Origin: Eledone cirrhosa
Lineage: Eukaryota
NCBI GenBank assembly: GCA_964016885.1
Contig: OZ024747.1
Coordinates: 13,826,001-13,890,000 of the forward strand
Direction of reading: 5' to 3'
DNA length: 64,000 nucleotides
Shown here: in pieces, positions 26,086 to 38,910 of the stretch
How positions within the stretch are numbered: the stretch's first letter is position 1
Layout of the letters: each line of letters starts with the position of its first letter
Program-made: the position numbers and the translations under genes
Notes under the pieces: generated by a model
Told to the model about the DNA's origin: nothing
Databases searched by the model: none
Seen by the model: only the letters and a program-made list of their open reading frames with translations

Positions 26086-26280
26086 GGCGGTGGATTGGCA
26101 GTATCGGTAGAGGGTCGGACGCCATGCTTTGATGTATAGAGTTACGGCCCTTTCCATTCTGAGTTCAAATCCCGCCGAGGTCAACTTTGCCTTTCATCCT
26201 TACGGGGTCGATAAAATAAAGTACCAGTAATGTACTGGGTATTTGCTGGCCTTGTGCCAATAGTAGAAACCATTATTAAT
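26086..26280 (+). mobile_element. Full-length tRNA-derived SINE (family A; central domain resembles the Meta-type domain, from memory)
   Basis: A-box-like TGGCAGTATCGG, B-box GAGTTCAAATCC, core ACTTTGCCTTTCATCCTTACGGGGTCGATAAAATAAAGTACC, ATT tail, TSD ATTATTAATTAGA. Other copies at about 1342, 10842, 11420, 18530, 25855, 28342, 28533, 39115, 47070 and 62965. Confidence 0.88.
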
Positions 26281-26464
26281 TAGACATGTCTTTTCACAGC
26301 TTGTCGCCTTGACCAAACTATAGTCCTGGGAGATATGTTGGGTTCCTGGCATCAAGAGTGCTACCAGGTACTCACAGCACTTTACAAGCTGGACAATGTG
26401 ATAATCAATCAGAAAACCAAAAAAAATTTGGAGGGATTTAATAATATAACTAACTTTCTCATTA

Positions 26465-26660
26465 TTAACTCTTAATGTCATGTATCAGGTGAAATCACAT
26501 TAGCAAAACAATCTTTCAAAAGTACAAAAGCAGCTCTAGGATTATATCACAAAAACTTTTCACAGCAATGTATCTATGAGTAAAGGTGCTATAAATATTT
26601 GAATTAATAAACTTGTTTGTAGACACTTTCTGCTAAATCAATACAGGATATTAAGAGTAA
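26465..26660. mobile_element. TTAA-flanked MITE family 3 (TIR approximately TTAACTCTTAACGTCCTGTA)
   Basis: Matching inverted ends here and at about 2090-2308, 22250-22455, 38994-39485 and 61553-61758. Confidence 0.65.
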
Positions 26661-27051
26661 ATCTGGTGTTTGGAATATTGCTTAACTAAAATTCTCATAA
26701 AATTATGAAAGGTTTTCAGATAAATCTAAACATATTAAAACAAACAGTTTTGTATCATAAAAACAAAGGTGGTTGGTTTCAAGCTTTTTTGGTATCAAAA
26801 GGGTTAATCTTCTAACCACTCCCCCAAATTGCTGGCTTTGTGCCTACATTATTATTGATTGTATTCTGTGGTATGTTAGTGTGTTAAACCAGATATTGAG
26901 CAACACCAGTTAGAGCCAAATTTCTAACATGTAAAAGCTTTATTCTCAGCAGGTTGATTTCCTGGAACATAGTTTACTAATCTAGTCATCAAAACAGTCC
27001 CTGACTGACTGGTTGGTCTCTATTTTTCATGGCAAGCAATGAGAGGTGATT

Positions 27052-27299
<248 letters not shown>

Positions 27300-27654
27300 A
27301 GTGTTTTAGCCGGTCATAAGTGTTAGTTAAATAAAAGCATTGGAATTCAAACAATCAAGTGTTGGGGAGGTGTCTGTTGGCAAGATCCAATACAGTAATA
27401 ACCAAAAAGAAAAGAGTTTTATGTTACTTTGAGGAGAGGCAAAAGCTAACTTCACTAGAGAAAAATATATTTCATTTTTTTTTTTAATTACACCCTTCTC
27501 TAAAATCAATAAAATAGGATTCATGTTTATCTATGCCAATGGTCCTTTACCTGGGGTCTGTAGACTTCTAGGAAGCCACAAACGTAGTACACAGGATCCA
27601 TGAAGTTTAAAACCTCATGTGTAATTGAAAAGCCATCACAACAAAGCTAATGAT

Positions 27655-27862
27655 CTTTTCTTCTTCTTCGCCCACTTATTCCTGAGAGGGTTGTCGGAGC
27701 TGAGTCCTCAGACATGCCTTCCAGAGGGTTTTATCAAAAGCAACCGTATCCAAATGATCTGGCTGGATTCCAAGTGAGACCAATCAAGCTTATGGATGTT
27801 GTCCAACCATCTTGTTTGTGGTCTATCTGTGGGTTTCCTGCCGGTTGGCTTTACCCAATGAA
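27655..27862 (-). mobile_element. RTE LINE 3' fragment
   Basis: Minus translation VKPTGRKPTDRPQTRWLDNIHK..(frameshift)..LGIQPDHLDTVAFDKTLW, then a (GAA)n tail. Confidence 0.7.
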
Positions 27863-27942
27863 GATGAATTTATAAATTTTCAAAACATTTCCAAATCTGC
27901 ACGAATTGTTTAATATTTTAAACTAGTTTTTAGAACTGAATG

Positions 27943-28138
27943 TTAACCCTTTAGTATTTACATTACTCTACATTTACTATCATATTTATCTCATATAATA
28001 TCAAATCTACGAGATTTTGATATTATTTTGAGACGAATACTTTAATATCAGTATGAGCAGCCAGTGGCAGCCGGTTTGAACAGAAAAAGGTGAGAGAATT
28101 CTGGCCGGTTACAGCTGGTTTAAATGCTAAAGGGTTAA
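27943..28138. mobile_element. piggyBac-like MITE family 2
   Basis: TTAACCCTTTAGTATTTA ... TAAATGCTAAAGGGTTAA. Paralogs at about 11820-12030 and 60410-60630. Confidence 0.85.
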
Positions 28139-28341
28139 TGCTGAGATGACTTTGACTTGCTTGTTCAGAGCTGACTTGGGAGTAAATAACAATCACCTTA
28201 TACAAATATAAAAAAGAAAAAAGAAGTATCTAGTGCTTCCACTGTATATGACTGGGGCTTCTATCTTTAAGACATGTAAGACCTTTGAGATAAAACATCA
28301 AAGTGCCCTTGTGGAAAATGAATGAATGAAATTATTATTAT

Positions 28342-28528
28342 TGGATTGGCAGTATCGGTAGAGGGTCGGACGGCATGCTTTCCAGCATAGTTACGTCCCT
28401 TTACGATCTGAGTTCAAATCCCGCCGAGGTTGACTTTGCCTTTCATCCTTACGGGGTCGATAAAATAAAGTACCAGTAATGCACTGGGTAATTGCTGGCC
28501 TTGTGCCTAAAGTAGAAACAATTATTAT
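28342..28528 (+). mobile_element. SINE family A copy
   Basis: Highly similar to 26086-26280, in (ATT)n context. Confidence 0.88.
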
Positions 28529-30136
28529 TGGATGGTGGATTGGCAGTATCATTAGAGCATCAAACAAGCTTTGTAGTATTTAGTTATGACTTTATACCTT
28601 CTGAGTTCAAATCCTGCTGAGGTCAACCTTACCATATACCCTTCCGGGGTTGTTAAAGTAATGTACCAGTTAAATACTGGTGTCGATATAATCAACTTTC
28701 ACCTTCACTCAAAAGACTGGTCAATGTTAGAAAGTATTATCATTTGGTGGTTGATATAGTCAGCCTGGTGTGTTTCTGATATGCTGCACTTGAGCCACTA
28801 TAAATACATTTGTGTCTCTGTATGTATGAGTTTGAGTCTGTCTGTATGTGTGCATTTGTGTATCAGTCTGTGTGTGAGAGAGAATAAGAGCACTCACAAC
28901 TAAGTTTACTTCCTCTCTACTTACAGAACTACATTTAACTGTGCTTTTCTCATAGAAATAGAATAAATAGTATGGTAAGGTTCAGCACTGGCATTGTGAT
29001 TTGTCATGTTGTTTGGTGCCAACTAACACTGATAAGAATTACCAAATCTGTAGAATCTTTTTTTTTCTATCCATTCAGTCGTGTGTGTGTGTGTTAATGA
29101 GGGAGGTGTGTTCTGGTTGTATCTATTTATAATTTCTATTTGCTGGTTCTTTTTTTCTTTCCTGGTCCCTTTTGTTAAAATATCTGGTAGGGGCCTCCTT
29201 GCTGCTGTTCTGGATTGCTATAATACACTGCTGCTGCTATTAGTCAGCTGCTTGAAAAGATTCTGAAGGAGGGGGACCTATTTAAGGGTGGGGTGCACTT
29301 AAAGAAATATATTCCATCCTTTTTATATATAATTCTTTTTGGTAACAGAGATGGAGGAATTAGGCAGAGTTGGTTGTTTTTGTTTTATGTTTCTGTTGGA
29401 TTTTCTTTTTTTTTTGGTTTCTCTTAGATAAGTTATGATAAGAAATCTTATGGTAATATATGTAACACAAAGAGAGCAATGTAGTTAACCCCCACCCCTA
29501 TTTCCTTCACTATCAACCATGTAACATGGGTAGGCTTGCACTCTCACTCTTACCTTTCCCTCCATCCCCACTCTCATTTTCTCTATTCATTTGCTATTCT
29601 GTCTTTTAGTCACTCCACTCACTTGCTCTTCTTTATTGCCTTTCTCTCCACTCATTCTTTTCCCTCACTCTCTTCCTTCTCTCACTCTCTCCATTCTCTC
29701 CTTTCTCTCTCTCCACTCGTTTCTTTCTCTTCCTTTTCACCCTCTCTCCTCTCACTTACTCCTTTGCTCCTTTCTCTCACAGTATGTTTGGTGATAGGGA
29801 AGGGATTTACTTCCATGTTTATATAAACATATATAAACAGACACCTATGAATTTTCATGACAGTCAGAAAAATAAAAGAAGGAAAATGTGATAACTGTGA
29901 AATAATAATGAGACCCCAAGTCCCTTAATTTACATGTTTCATTAACATTAAGCTACTGACCCTTTGTCAACATTTTTATCTTGATTATTTACTGTGTGTA
30001 TCCTGTATAGAATGGGCACACCATGTCCCAGTATGTAGTGTCATAAAGAATGACTAAATGGTGTCAGTAAAGGCATCCAGCTGTAAAACACTGCTTCAAA
30101 AAGTCAGGGTGGAAAAGTTGACGTAAAAACAATAAT

Positions 30137-30320
30137 TGTTTCTACTTTAGGCACAAGGCCAGCAATAACCCAGTGTATTATTGGTACTTTATTTTATCGA
30201 CCCCCGTAAGGATGAAAGGCAAAGTTAACCTTGGCGGGATTTGAACTCGGACCATAAAGGGACTAACTATGCTGGAAAGCATGGCGTCCGACCCTCTACC
30301 GATACTGCCAGGCCACCGCC
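30137..30320 (-). mobile_element. SINE family A, full-length, with TSD
   Basis: Reverse complement of the family consensus. TAAAAACAATAAT duplicated at 30124-30136 and 30323-30335. Confidence 0.9.
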
Positions 30321-32569
30321 CTTAAAAACAATAATAATATAACTTGTTTCTTATTTTCTCAAGTATATACATTCTTATTTAGTGTATATATGTGTGTGTG
30401 TGTGTGAGAGAGAGAGAGCGTTTGCCTCTGGTGATTTATGAAGTTGATAGTTTTATATATATTGTTTTTTTTCTCATACTCTGTTTGTTGAACTGCTAAG
30501 TTACAGTACATAAACACACATAGTATAGTGCTGGTGCCATGGGCCCACACACACACACACATACACCTACAGTATAGTGTTAGTGCCATGATAAGATACA
30601 CACAAAGTAGATAGTGATGAGTCTTCTGTCAGTTTTGAAGATGAGCATCCGGTTGTTCAATCAACTTACTGTCTGCTGTGTGTAACCTTTACATAATTCT
30701 CAGGCAGAATCTGTGTTATATAATGTGACAAGGCTGAACTTTTGAATTGTAAGTACAATCAATTCAAAAGGCTTTTACTCAGTTTCCATCTACCCGATTT
30801 CACTCACAATGCTTGAGTTGATCCAAGACTATGGTAAAAACACTTGCTCAAAATGTCACATACTGGACTTGAATCTGGGAGCTCATGATTGCGAAGTGAA
30901 CTTCAGACATTGGGAATATGAAATAGATGATGTCACACTAGTTATGTGCATAGTTAATTGGGTTGTATAGGAAAGTGTTATCTCTGATGACTGATGCAGC
31001 TAACTACACTAGATAAGGTAATTAGAAGTGTTTTAAACTAAAGGATCTAATTAGGAAGATAAGGGTCTCAATTCAGCTGCTGCAAGATAGAGTTGCTTAA
31101 ACAGGATACATATTTTGTTAGTAGCAGGACATGTATTCACATGTTTGCTCTAGAGCAGTCATGGGAAAACTTCAGGCAGCATGTAGTTCATTTGGCTTTC
31201 TGAATGTAGTGTGGCCCATCTTATGAAGAGCCATAAAGGTTTCATGTTTTTGTGAATTAAGCAAGGTATGTGGCCTAGTTGTTAGGGTGTTCAACTTGTG
31301 ATCATAATGTCGATTGAATTCCTGAACTATATTTCTAATGAAATACACTCTATTTCAATTAATGAATGAAGAATTTTCAGGAATTGATTATTTTATTAAG
31401 ATAATAACTTAACATGTGCCTCTTTGATAAAACTATGAATGGTTTTGATTCATTTGGCCCAGCTGGTATTAAAAGGGTTAATTAATTAAAATAGTGTTAT
31501 TTTATTAGAAATATGGTCACGGATGGATTGAAAGTATCTAGCATTTTATTTTGGTGATGGTGGTTCTATTAAAATAATGAGAGAGGAGAGGAAATGTGAA
31601 TGACAAAAAAACAAAATGATGAATGGGAGTGGGTGGGGGTAAATCCATGTTAATTTGAGAACTGGTTCTGGCAGCATTCCTCACCATTCACCAATCTCCT
31701 GGAATAGCCAGCTGCTGGTATAACAGTTTTAGTTATTTATTTTTATTTATTTTCCTCATTGCTCATTGAAACCAAGGAAGTTTCTGGAATTTTTATGGAG
31801 TAGGAGTTTTAGGTGGATGAGTTAATAAGGAAAGTATGGTGCTTGTAATTTCTATGTGAAAGACATTCTTTCTTTTAACCCTTTTGTTACCATATTTCTA
31901 ATGAAATATACTGCCTATAGTTGTCAAATTATTTTTGAGATAATGAATAATTTAGAAGATTTTAAAAAAAACTGCCCGTCTCATTATTAAGCTGGTGTTC
32001 GGAGCATGTGAAGGCATGCGATCTAGTGGTTAATGTTGGACTCATAATTATGTTGTGGGTTCGATTCTTGAGAAAGATGCTTCATTTTTACATTGCTTTT
32101 CCTGACAGGACTGGAGTCCCTGTATGTAAAACACTCAAGAAACCTGTTATGAGATGTAACCTGGTAGGAGGCCAACTAACCCTGCAGTTCTAAGCTGTAA
32201 ATTAAATTTTTTTAAATTTTTATTAACAAAAATTTTGGAGCATACTTAACATAAAATTGATGGAAGGTGTTTAGATAAATATAAACATTTTAAAACTGTA
32301 TCATAGAACCAGGAGTAGTTTTTAGACATTTTAATATAAATAAAAAGTTATATATATATCTTCCTTGAATATATTGGAAGGAGCAGACAAGTAAAATGGA
32401 ATGGGAGTAGATTGGAGCAGATCAGCAACTTTGCTTCAGGGTAGATTTAGCATTGTAAGCATAAGGCTAGGGTGTTGTGTGGCTTTGAATTAGAGTTAGC
32501 TGAGAAAGGAAGCAGGATTGTAGAGTTACTTCCATAATATGCTTGTATATCCTTCCTTTTCTATGGAAG

Positions 32570-32606
<37 letters not shown>

Positions 32607-34232
32607 GATGAGAGCAATAACTTGTGTTGTTGCCAATAGAGACATTATACTACATGGCTATTTTTGCTGTTGTTCAGTTGTCAATTTGATGCAGGAAGAA
32701 AAGTTCTTAGAAAGAAGGAACTTTCCAGACCATAAAACACAGCTAACTCCATTCATAACTACCACACCATTACCACCACTGCCACCATCACAACTATTAT
32801 TGCAGCTCCTTTCTCCCTTATCTTCAGCTCATAAATTTCCCCATTGCCATTTTTTTGTTGTTGTTGTTGTTCAACAAATGACATTTGAATGGAAGATGAC
32901 ATTGAGACGATTTTGTATAGGTAGGTAGGTAGGAGCATGTAAATATAAATGCAACGTTTGAATAAGACTCAGTTCAATGACTTGCCTAGTCTCAGACTAT
33001 GATGACCCGGCCAACTCATAGCAGCATAGAAACCAGGTGTAAAATGATAATGATGATATATGTAGAATGATGTACAGAGATATTTAAATAGATAGCTGTT
33101 GATAGATGGATGCTGCTATTTATTGAAACTGTCCAAGACATTAGGATAGTAGTATTGAAATATCAATGAAAGAGAAGAATGTGTGACTAAGTCTTCAGGA
33201 ATTAAATCATTGAATTTTGGAATAACCAATTGGGGTTTGAACAGATTATATGTTCAAACTCTGTGATTAAGCATTTTATTACCAAACCACCCCTGGTTCT
33301 GTGACATAAAGCTGTTTTAAAGTGTTCATGGTTAAATTGAAATCTTCCATCATAGTTTTATGTAAGTTTATTTAAGTTATGTTTTTAAAAAATGGCTTAA
33401 AAATAAAAAAAGTTAGTTATGACTAAATCCTTAAGAATTTTTTTATTATTTTCAAAATTAATTGTAAAATCATAGGCAGTGTCTTTTATGAGAAATATGG
33501 TAAATAATGGTATTAGCAGGAGGGGCATCCAGCCATAGAAAACTAGGCCCCAAATGGAATGTATGAGAATACATGATCAGTTGACCTGTCTAGCCTCATA
33601 ACATGACAACCCATCTAACCTATTCATGCATGGAAAATAAACATTAAACAGTGATGATGATAATGTTGGTAACAAGAGTTAAATTCAGCAGTATTGAATG
33701 GCTCTTGCGGAATCATTTTGTGACTATATTTCTAATGTAATACACTGCTTATATGTTTCTAATATTCTAAATATAAACAAGAATTTAGTAAAATATCTAA
33801 CTTCTCAATCATTAACCTTTTCATTACTATATACTTTAAAATAGCAAAATTCTATTATATACAGAATGCCTGTAACTATAGGTCTGCTCAAATAAGGTTG
33901 GCCTGGGGCTAAACAACAACCACTACAAAGAAATGAAAAGGCTTAGTTGAGCTCAGTAGTGCTTTACTTCAAATCCATGAAATCACTGAATAGGAATCCT
34001 AACTTTCACTTGTGTACCCAATTCCATTTTATGTACTTAAATTAGAGCATTTATTTCTAGGAGGCAATGTTTGTTACGTCAGTGGTAGTAACAACAACAA
34101 TAACTAGGAAGCTGACTGGCGTCTTAATACAATTTAAAGTAGAATGGTGATTAGCATTTAGACATTTGGAAAACTGCTATTGTGCAGTTTATGGTAGATG
34201 GCTTTTGTTGTTTGGTGGTGACTTCTGTCCTT

Positions 34233-37200
34233 ACTGGCTGTGTGTTCACTGTGTGCTGTGACTGGCTGTGTGTTCACTGTGCTGTCACTGGCTGTGTGTT
34301 CACTGTGTGCTGTGACTGGCTGTGTGTTCACTGTGCTGTCACTGGCTGTGTGCTGTGACTGGCTGTGTGTTCACTGTGCTGTCACTGGCTGTGTGTTCAC
34401 TGTGTGCTGTCACTGGCTGTGTTCACTCTGTGTTGTCACTGGCTGTGTGTTCACTGTGTGCTGCCACTGGCTGTGTTCACTGTGTGCTGTCACTGGCTAT
34501 GTGTTCACTCTGTGCTGTCACTGCTGTGTGTTCACTGTGTGCTGTCACTGGCTGTGTGTTCACTGTGTGCTGTCACTGGCTGTGTTCACTGTGTGCTGTC
34601 ACTGGCTGTGTTCACTGTGTGCTGTCACTGGCTGTGTGTTCACTGTGTGCTGTCACTGGCTGTGTGTTCACTGTGTGCTGTCACTGGCTGTGTGTTCACT
34701 GTGTGCTGTCACTGGCTGTGTGTTCACTGTGTGCTGTCACTGGCTGTGTGTTCACTGTGCTGTCACTGGCTGTGTGTTCACTCTGTGCTGTCACTGCTGT
34801 GTGTTCACTGTGTGCTGTCACTGGCTGTGTGTTCACTGTGTGCTGTCACTGGCTGTGTGTTCACTGTGCTGTCACTGGCTGTGTGTTCACTCTGTGCTGT
34901 CACTGCTGTGTGTTCACTGTGTGCTGTCACTGGCTGTGTTCACTGTGTGCTGTCACTGGCTGTGTGTTCACTGTGTGCTGTCACTGGCTGTGTGTTCACT
35001 GTGTGCTGTCACTGGCTGTGTGTTCACTGTGTGCTGTCACTGGCTGTGTTCACTGTGTACTGTCACTGGCTGTGTTCACTGTGTACTGTCACTGGCTGTG
35101 TTCACTGTGTGCTGTCACTGGCTGTGTTCACTGTGTACTGTCACTGGCTGTGTTCACTGTGTGCTGTCACTGGCTGTGTTCACTGTGTACTGTCACTGGC
35201 TGTGTTCACTCTGTGCTGTCACTGGCTGTGTGTTCACTCTGTGCTGTCACTGGCTTTGTGTTCACTGTGTGCTGTCACTGGCTGTGTTCACTGTGTGCTG
35301 TCACTGGCTGTGTGTTCACTCTGTGCTGTCACTGGCTGTGTTCACTGTGTGCTGTCACTGGCTGTGTTCACTCTGTGCTGTCACTGGCTGTGTTCACTGT
35401 GTGCTGTCACTGGCTGTGTTCACTGTGTGCTGTCACTGGCTGTGTGTTCACTGTGCTGTCACTGGCTGTGTGTTCACTGTGTGCTGTCACTGGCTGTGTG
35501 TTCACTGTGCTGTCACTGGCTGTGTGTTCACTGTGTGCTGCCACTGGCTGTGTGTTCACTGTGTGCTGTCACTGGCTGTGTGTTCACTGTGTGCTGTCAC
35601 TGGCTGTGTGTTCACTGTGTGCTGTCACTGCTGTGTGTTCACTCTGTGCTGTCACTGCTGTGTGTTCACTGTGTACTGTCACTGGCTGTGTTCACTGTGT
35701 GCTGTCACTGGCTGTGTGTTCACTGTGTACTGTCACTGGCTTTGTTCACTCTGTGCTGTCACTGGCTGTGTTCACTGTGTGCTGTCACTGGCTGTGTGTT
35801 CACTGTGTGCTGTCACTGGCTGTGTGTTCACTGTGTGCTGTCACTGGCTGTGTTCACTGTGTGCTGTCACTGCTGTGTGTTCACTGTGTACTGTCACTGG
35901 CTTTGTTCACTCTGTGCTGTCACTGGCTGTGTTCACTGTGTGCTGTCACTGGCTGTGTGTTCACTGTGTGCTGTCACTGGCTGTGTTCACTGTGTGCTGT
36001 CACTGGCTGTGTGTTCACTCTGTGCTGTCACTGCTGTGTGTTCACTGTGTGCTGTCACTGGCTGTGTTCACTGTGTGCTGTCACTGGCTGTGTTCACTGT
36101 GTGCTGTCACTGGCTGTGTGTTCACTGTGTGCTGTCACTGGCTGTGTGTTCACTGTGCTGTCACTGGCTGTGTTCACTGTGTGCTGTCACTGGCTGTGTG
36201 TTCACTGTGTGCTGTCACTGGCTGTGTTCACTGTGTGCTGTCACTGGCTGTGTTCACTGTGTGTTCACTGTGTGCTGTCACTGGCTGTGTGTTCACTGTG
36301 TGCTGTCACTGGCTGTGTTCACTGTGTGCTGTCACTGGCTGTGTGTTCACTGTGTGCTGTCACTGGCTGTGTTCACTGTGTGCTGTCACTGGCTGTGTTC
36401 ACTGTGTGCTGTCACTGGCTGTGTGTTCACTGTGTGCTGTCACTGGCTGTGTGTTCACTGTGTGCTGTCACTGGCTGTGTGTTCACTGTGCTGTCACTGG
36501 CTGTGTTCACTGTGTGCTGTCACTGGCTGTGTTCACTGTGTGCTGTCACTGCTGTGTGTTCACTGTGTACTGTCACTGGCTTTGTTCACTCTGTGCTGTC
36601 ACTGGCTGTGTTCACTGTGTGCTGTCACTGGCTGTGTTCACTGTGTGCTGTCACTGCTGTGTTCACTGTGTACTGTCACTGGCTTTGTTCACTCTGTGCT
36701 GTCACTGGCTGTGTGTTCACTGTGTGCTGTCACTGGCTGTGTGTTCACTCTGTGCTGTCACTGCTGTGTGTTCACTGTGTGCTGTCACTGGCTGTGTTCA
36801 CTGTGTGCTGTCACTGGCTGTGTTCACTGTGTGCTGTCACTGGCTGTGTGTTCACTGTGTGCTGTCACTGGCTGTGTGTTCACTGTGTGCTGTCACTGGC
36901 TGTGTGTTCACTGTGCTGTCACTGGCTGTGTTCACTGTGTGCTGTCACTGGCTGTGTGTTCACTGTGTGCTGTCACTGGCTGTGTTCACTGTGTGCTGTC
37001 ACTGGCTGTGTTCACTGTGTGCTGTCACTGGCTGTGTGTTCACTGTGTGCTGTCACTGGCTGTGTGTTCACTGTGTGCTGTCACTGGCTGTGTGTTCACT
37101 GTGTGCTGTCACTGGCTGTGTGTTCACTGTGTGCTGTCACTGGCTGTGTGTTCACTGTGTGCTGTCACTGGCTGTGTGTTCACTGTGCTGTCACTGGCTG

Positions 37201-37708
37201 TGTTCACTGTGTGCTGTCACTGGCTGTGTTCACTGTGTGCTGTCACTGGCTGTGTGTTCACTGTGTGCTGTCACTGGCTGTGTTCACTGTGTGCTGTCAC
37301 TGGCTGTGTGTTCACTGTGTGCTGTCACTGGCTGTGTGTTCACTGTGTGCTGTCACTGGCTGTGTGTTCACTGTGTGCTGCCACTGGCTGTGTGTTCACT
37401 GTGTGCTGTCACTGGCTGTGTGTTCACTGTGTGCTGTCACTGGCTGTGTGTTCACTGTGTGCTGTCACTGGCTGTGTGTTCACTGTGTGCTGTCACTGGC
37501 TGTGTGTTCACTGTGTGCTGTCACTGGCTGTGTTCACTGTGTGCTGTCACTGGCTGTGTTCACTGTGTGCTGTCACTGGCTGTGTTCACTGTGTGCTGTC
37601 ACTGGCTTTGTGTTCACTGTGTGCTGTCACTGGCTGTGTTCACTGTGCTGTCACTGGCTTTGTGTTCACTGTGTGCTGTCACTGGCTGTGTACTGTCACT
37701 GGCTTTGT
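34233..37708. repeat. ~3.5-kb minisatellite, ~26-28-bp unit (ACTGGCTGTGTGTTCACTGTGTGCTGTC), roughly 130 units
   Basis: Direct tandem repetition; length variants come mainly from GT-dinucleotide slippage. Confidence 0.98.
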
Positions 37709-38739
37709 ATGATAGAAAGTTTGGCTTTCATAAAACAAAGTGGCTTATTCTAAAAGATACTTGTTTAAATTAATATCTTCCAACATGATTCGAAATAAGA
37801 ACCATGTGTTAAATTACTTAGCAATGAAATAATAATTTTAATATTGAAATAGTGTGTTTCATTAGGAATATGGTCATGAAAGGGGTAACCCTTTTAATAC
37901 CAAACTGCCCAAGGTTCTATAATACAAAGATGTTTGTTTAAATCTCTGAAACCTTTCCATCATAGTTTTATTCAGGAATCTTAAGTTATGTTTCAAACAC
38001 CAGCTTAACAATGAGGAAGTTAGTTATATTACTTGATTATTTGATTATTTGAATTATTGATTATATATATCCTTGATTATTTGAAACCTATGGACAGTGT
38101 CTGTCATCAGAAATTTGGTAAAAAAAGAGTTAAACTTCCAATACTTTCAGAGGAAGAAGTTACTCTTACACCTTCATCATTTCCCCTACTTTATAATTCT
38201 GAAGATTTTATGCTTAAAAAAACTCATTGGCAGTTTAATTTTATTCTTTGGCAAGTCTTACTACTTTCTTTATCTTTATTTTCTCCCTTGCACCACCAAC
38301 TCCATTTGCCAGCTTTTGTTGTTTTTCCAACCAATTTACAATTCATTTATTTGCTAATTATCTTTACAGCTGAAATCTCTCTGAGTCATGACTCAATTTA
38401 ACTATATGAGAGCAACATCTGGTACATATTGCTTTACAGTTTTGCCCCCTAATCTGTTTCTTACCTTTTACAGAAGTTGTGTTTGACAAATATAATTAAA
38501 ACATATTTATTATTCTTTTTACTAGTTTAAATGTCTGCTTTCCATCTGTATGCCAGTAGACACATACATAGACTTGACAGTTAGTAAGATAGATTGATAA
38601 ATGTTATGAAGATGCATGGCCTAATGGGTTCTATTCTTGGACTGAGCAGTGTGTTTGTCCTTGAGTCAGGTGCTTAATTTCATGCTGCTCTAGTCCACTC
38701 AGCTGAGGGAAAAAAATGAGTACCAATTATTTCATGATA

Positions 38740-38910
38740 AAAAAAAACATCCGAGAAACCTCCTAGGAGATGCCAGCTAAACCTACATAGGTGTGGACTG
38801 TAACATGATAGGACCAGGTCTCCTATCATTAAAACACCCAAGAAACTGCCTATAAGATGTAACCATGTAGGAGGCCAGCTAAACCTACATAGGTGTGAAA
38901 CTATAACAAC
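38740..38910. repeat. Unclassified dispersed repeat (GATAGGAC...CATTAAAACACC...GGCCAGCTAAACCTACATAGG), locally duplicated
   Basis: Similar segments at about 4215-4370, 11340-11420 (reverse), 21706-21785, 32105-32200 and 57027-57125. Confidence 0.6.

Noticed and set aside
26086-26180. tRNA gene
   Set aside because: The A/B boxes belong to a multi-copy SINE head and no cloverleaf is evident.
32905-32930. Further ratchet point TAG|GTAGGT
   Set aside because: Short pyrimidine tract and part of a (TAGG)n microsatellite.
34233-37708. CRISPR array or RAG RSS array (CACAGTG heptamer on the minus strand in most units)
   Set aside because: No unique spacers and a eukaryotic context. No ACAAAAACC nonamer at 12/23 spacing.
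34240-37773. Three >1100-aa Cys-rich ORFs (metallothionein/keratin-like appearance)
   Set aside because: All three frames are open only because the minisatellite unit lacks stop codons. The starts are GTG rather than ATG and there are no splice signals.
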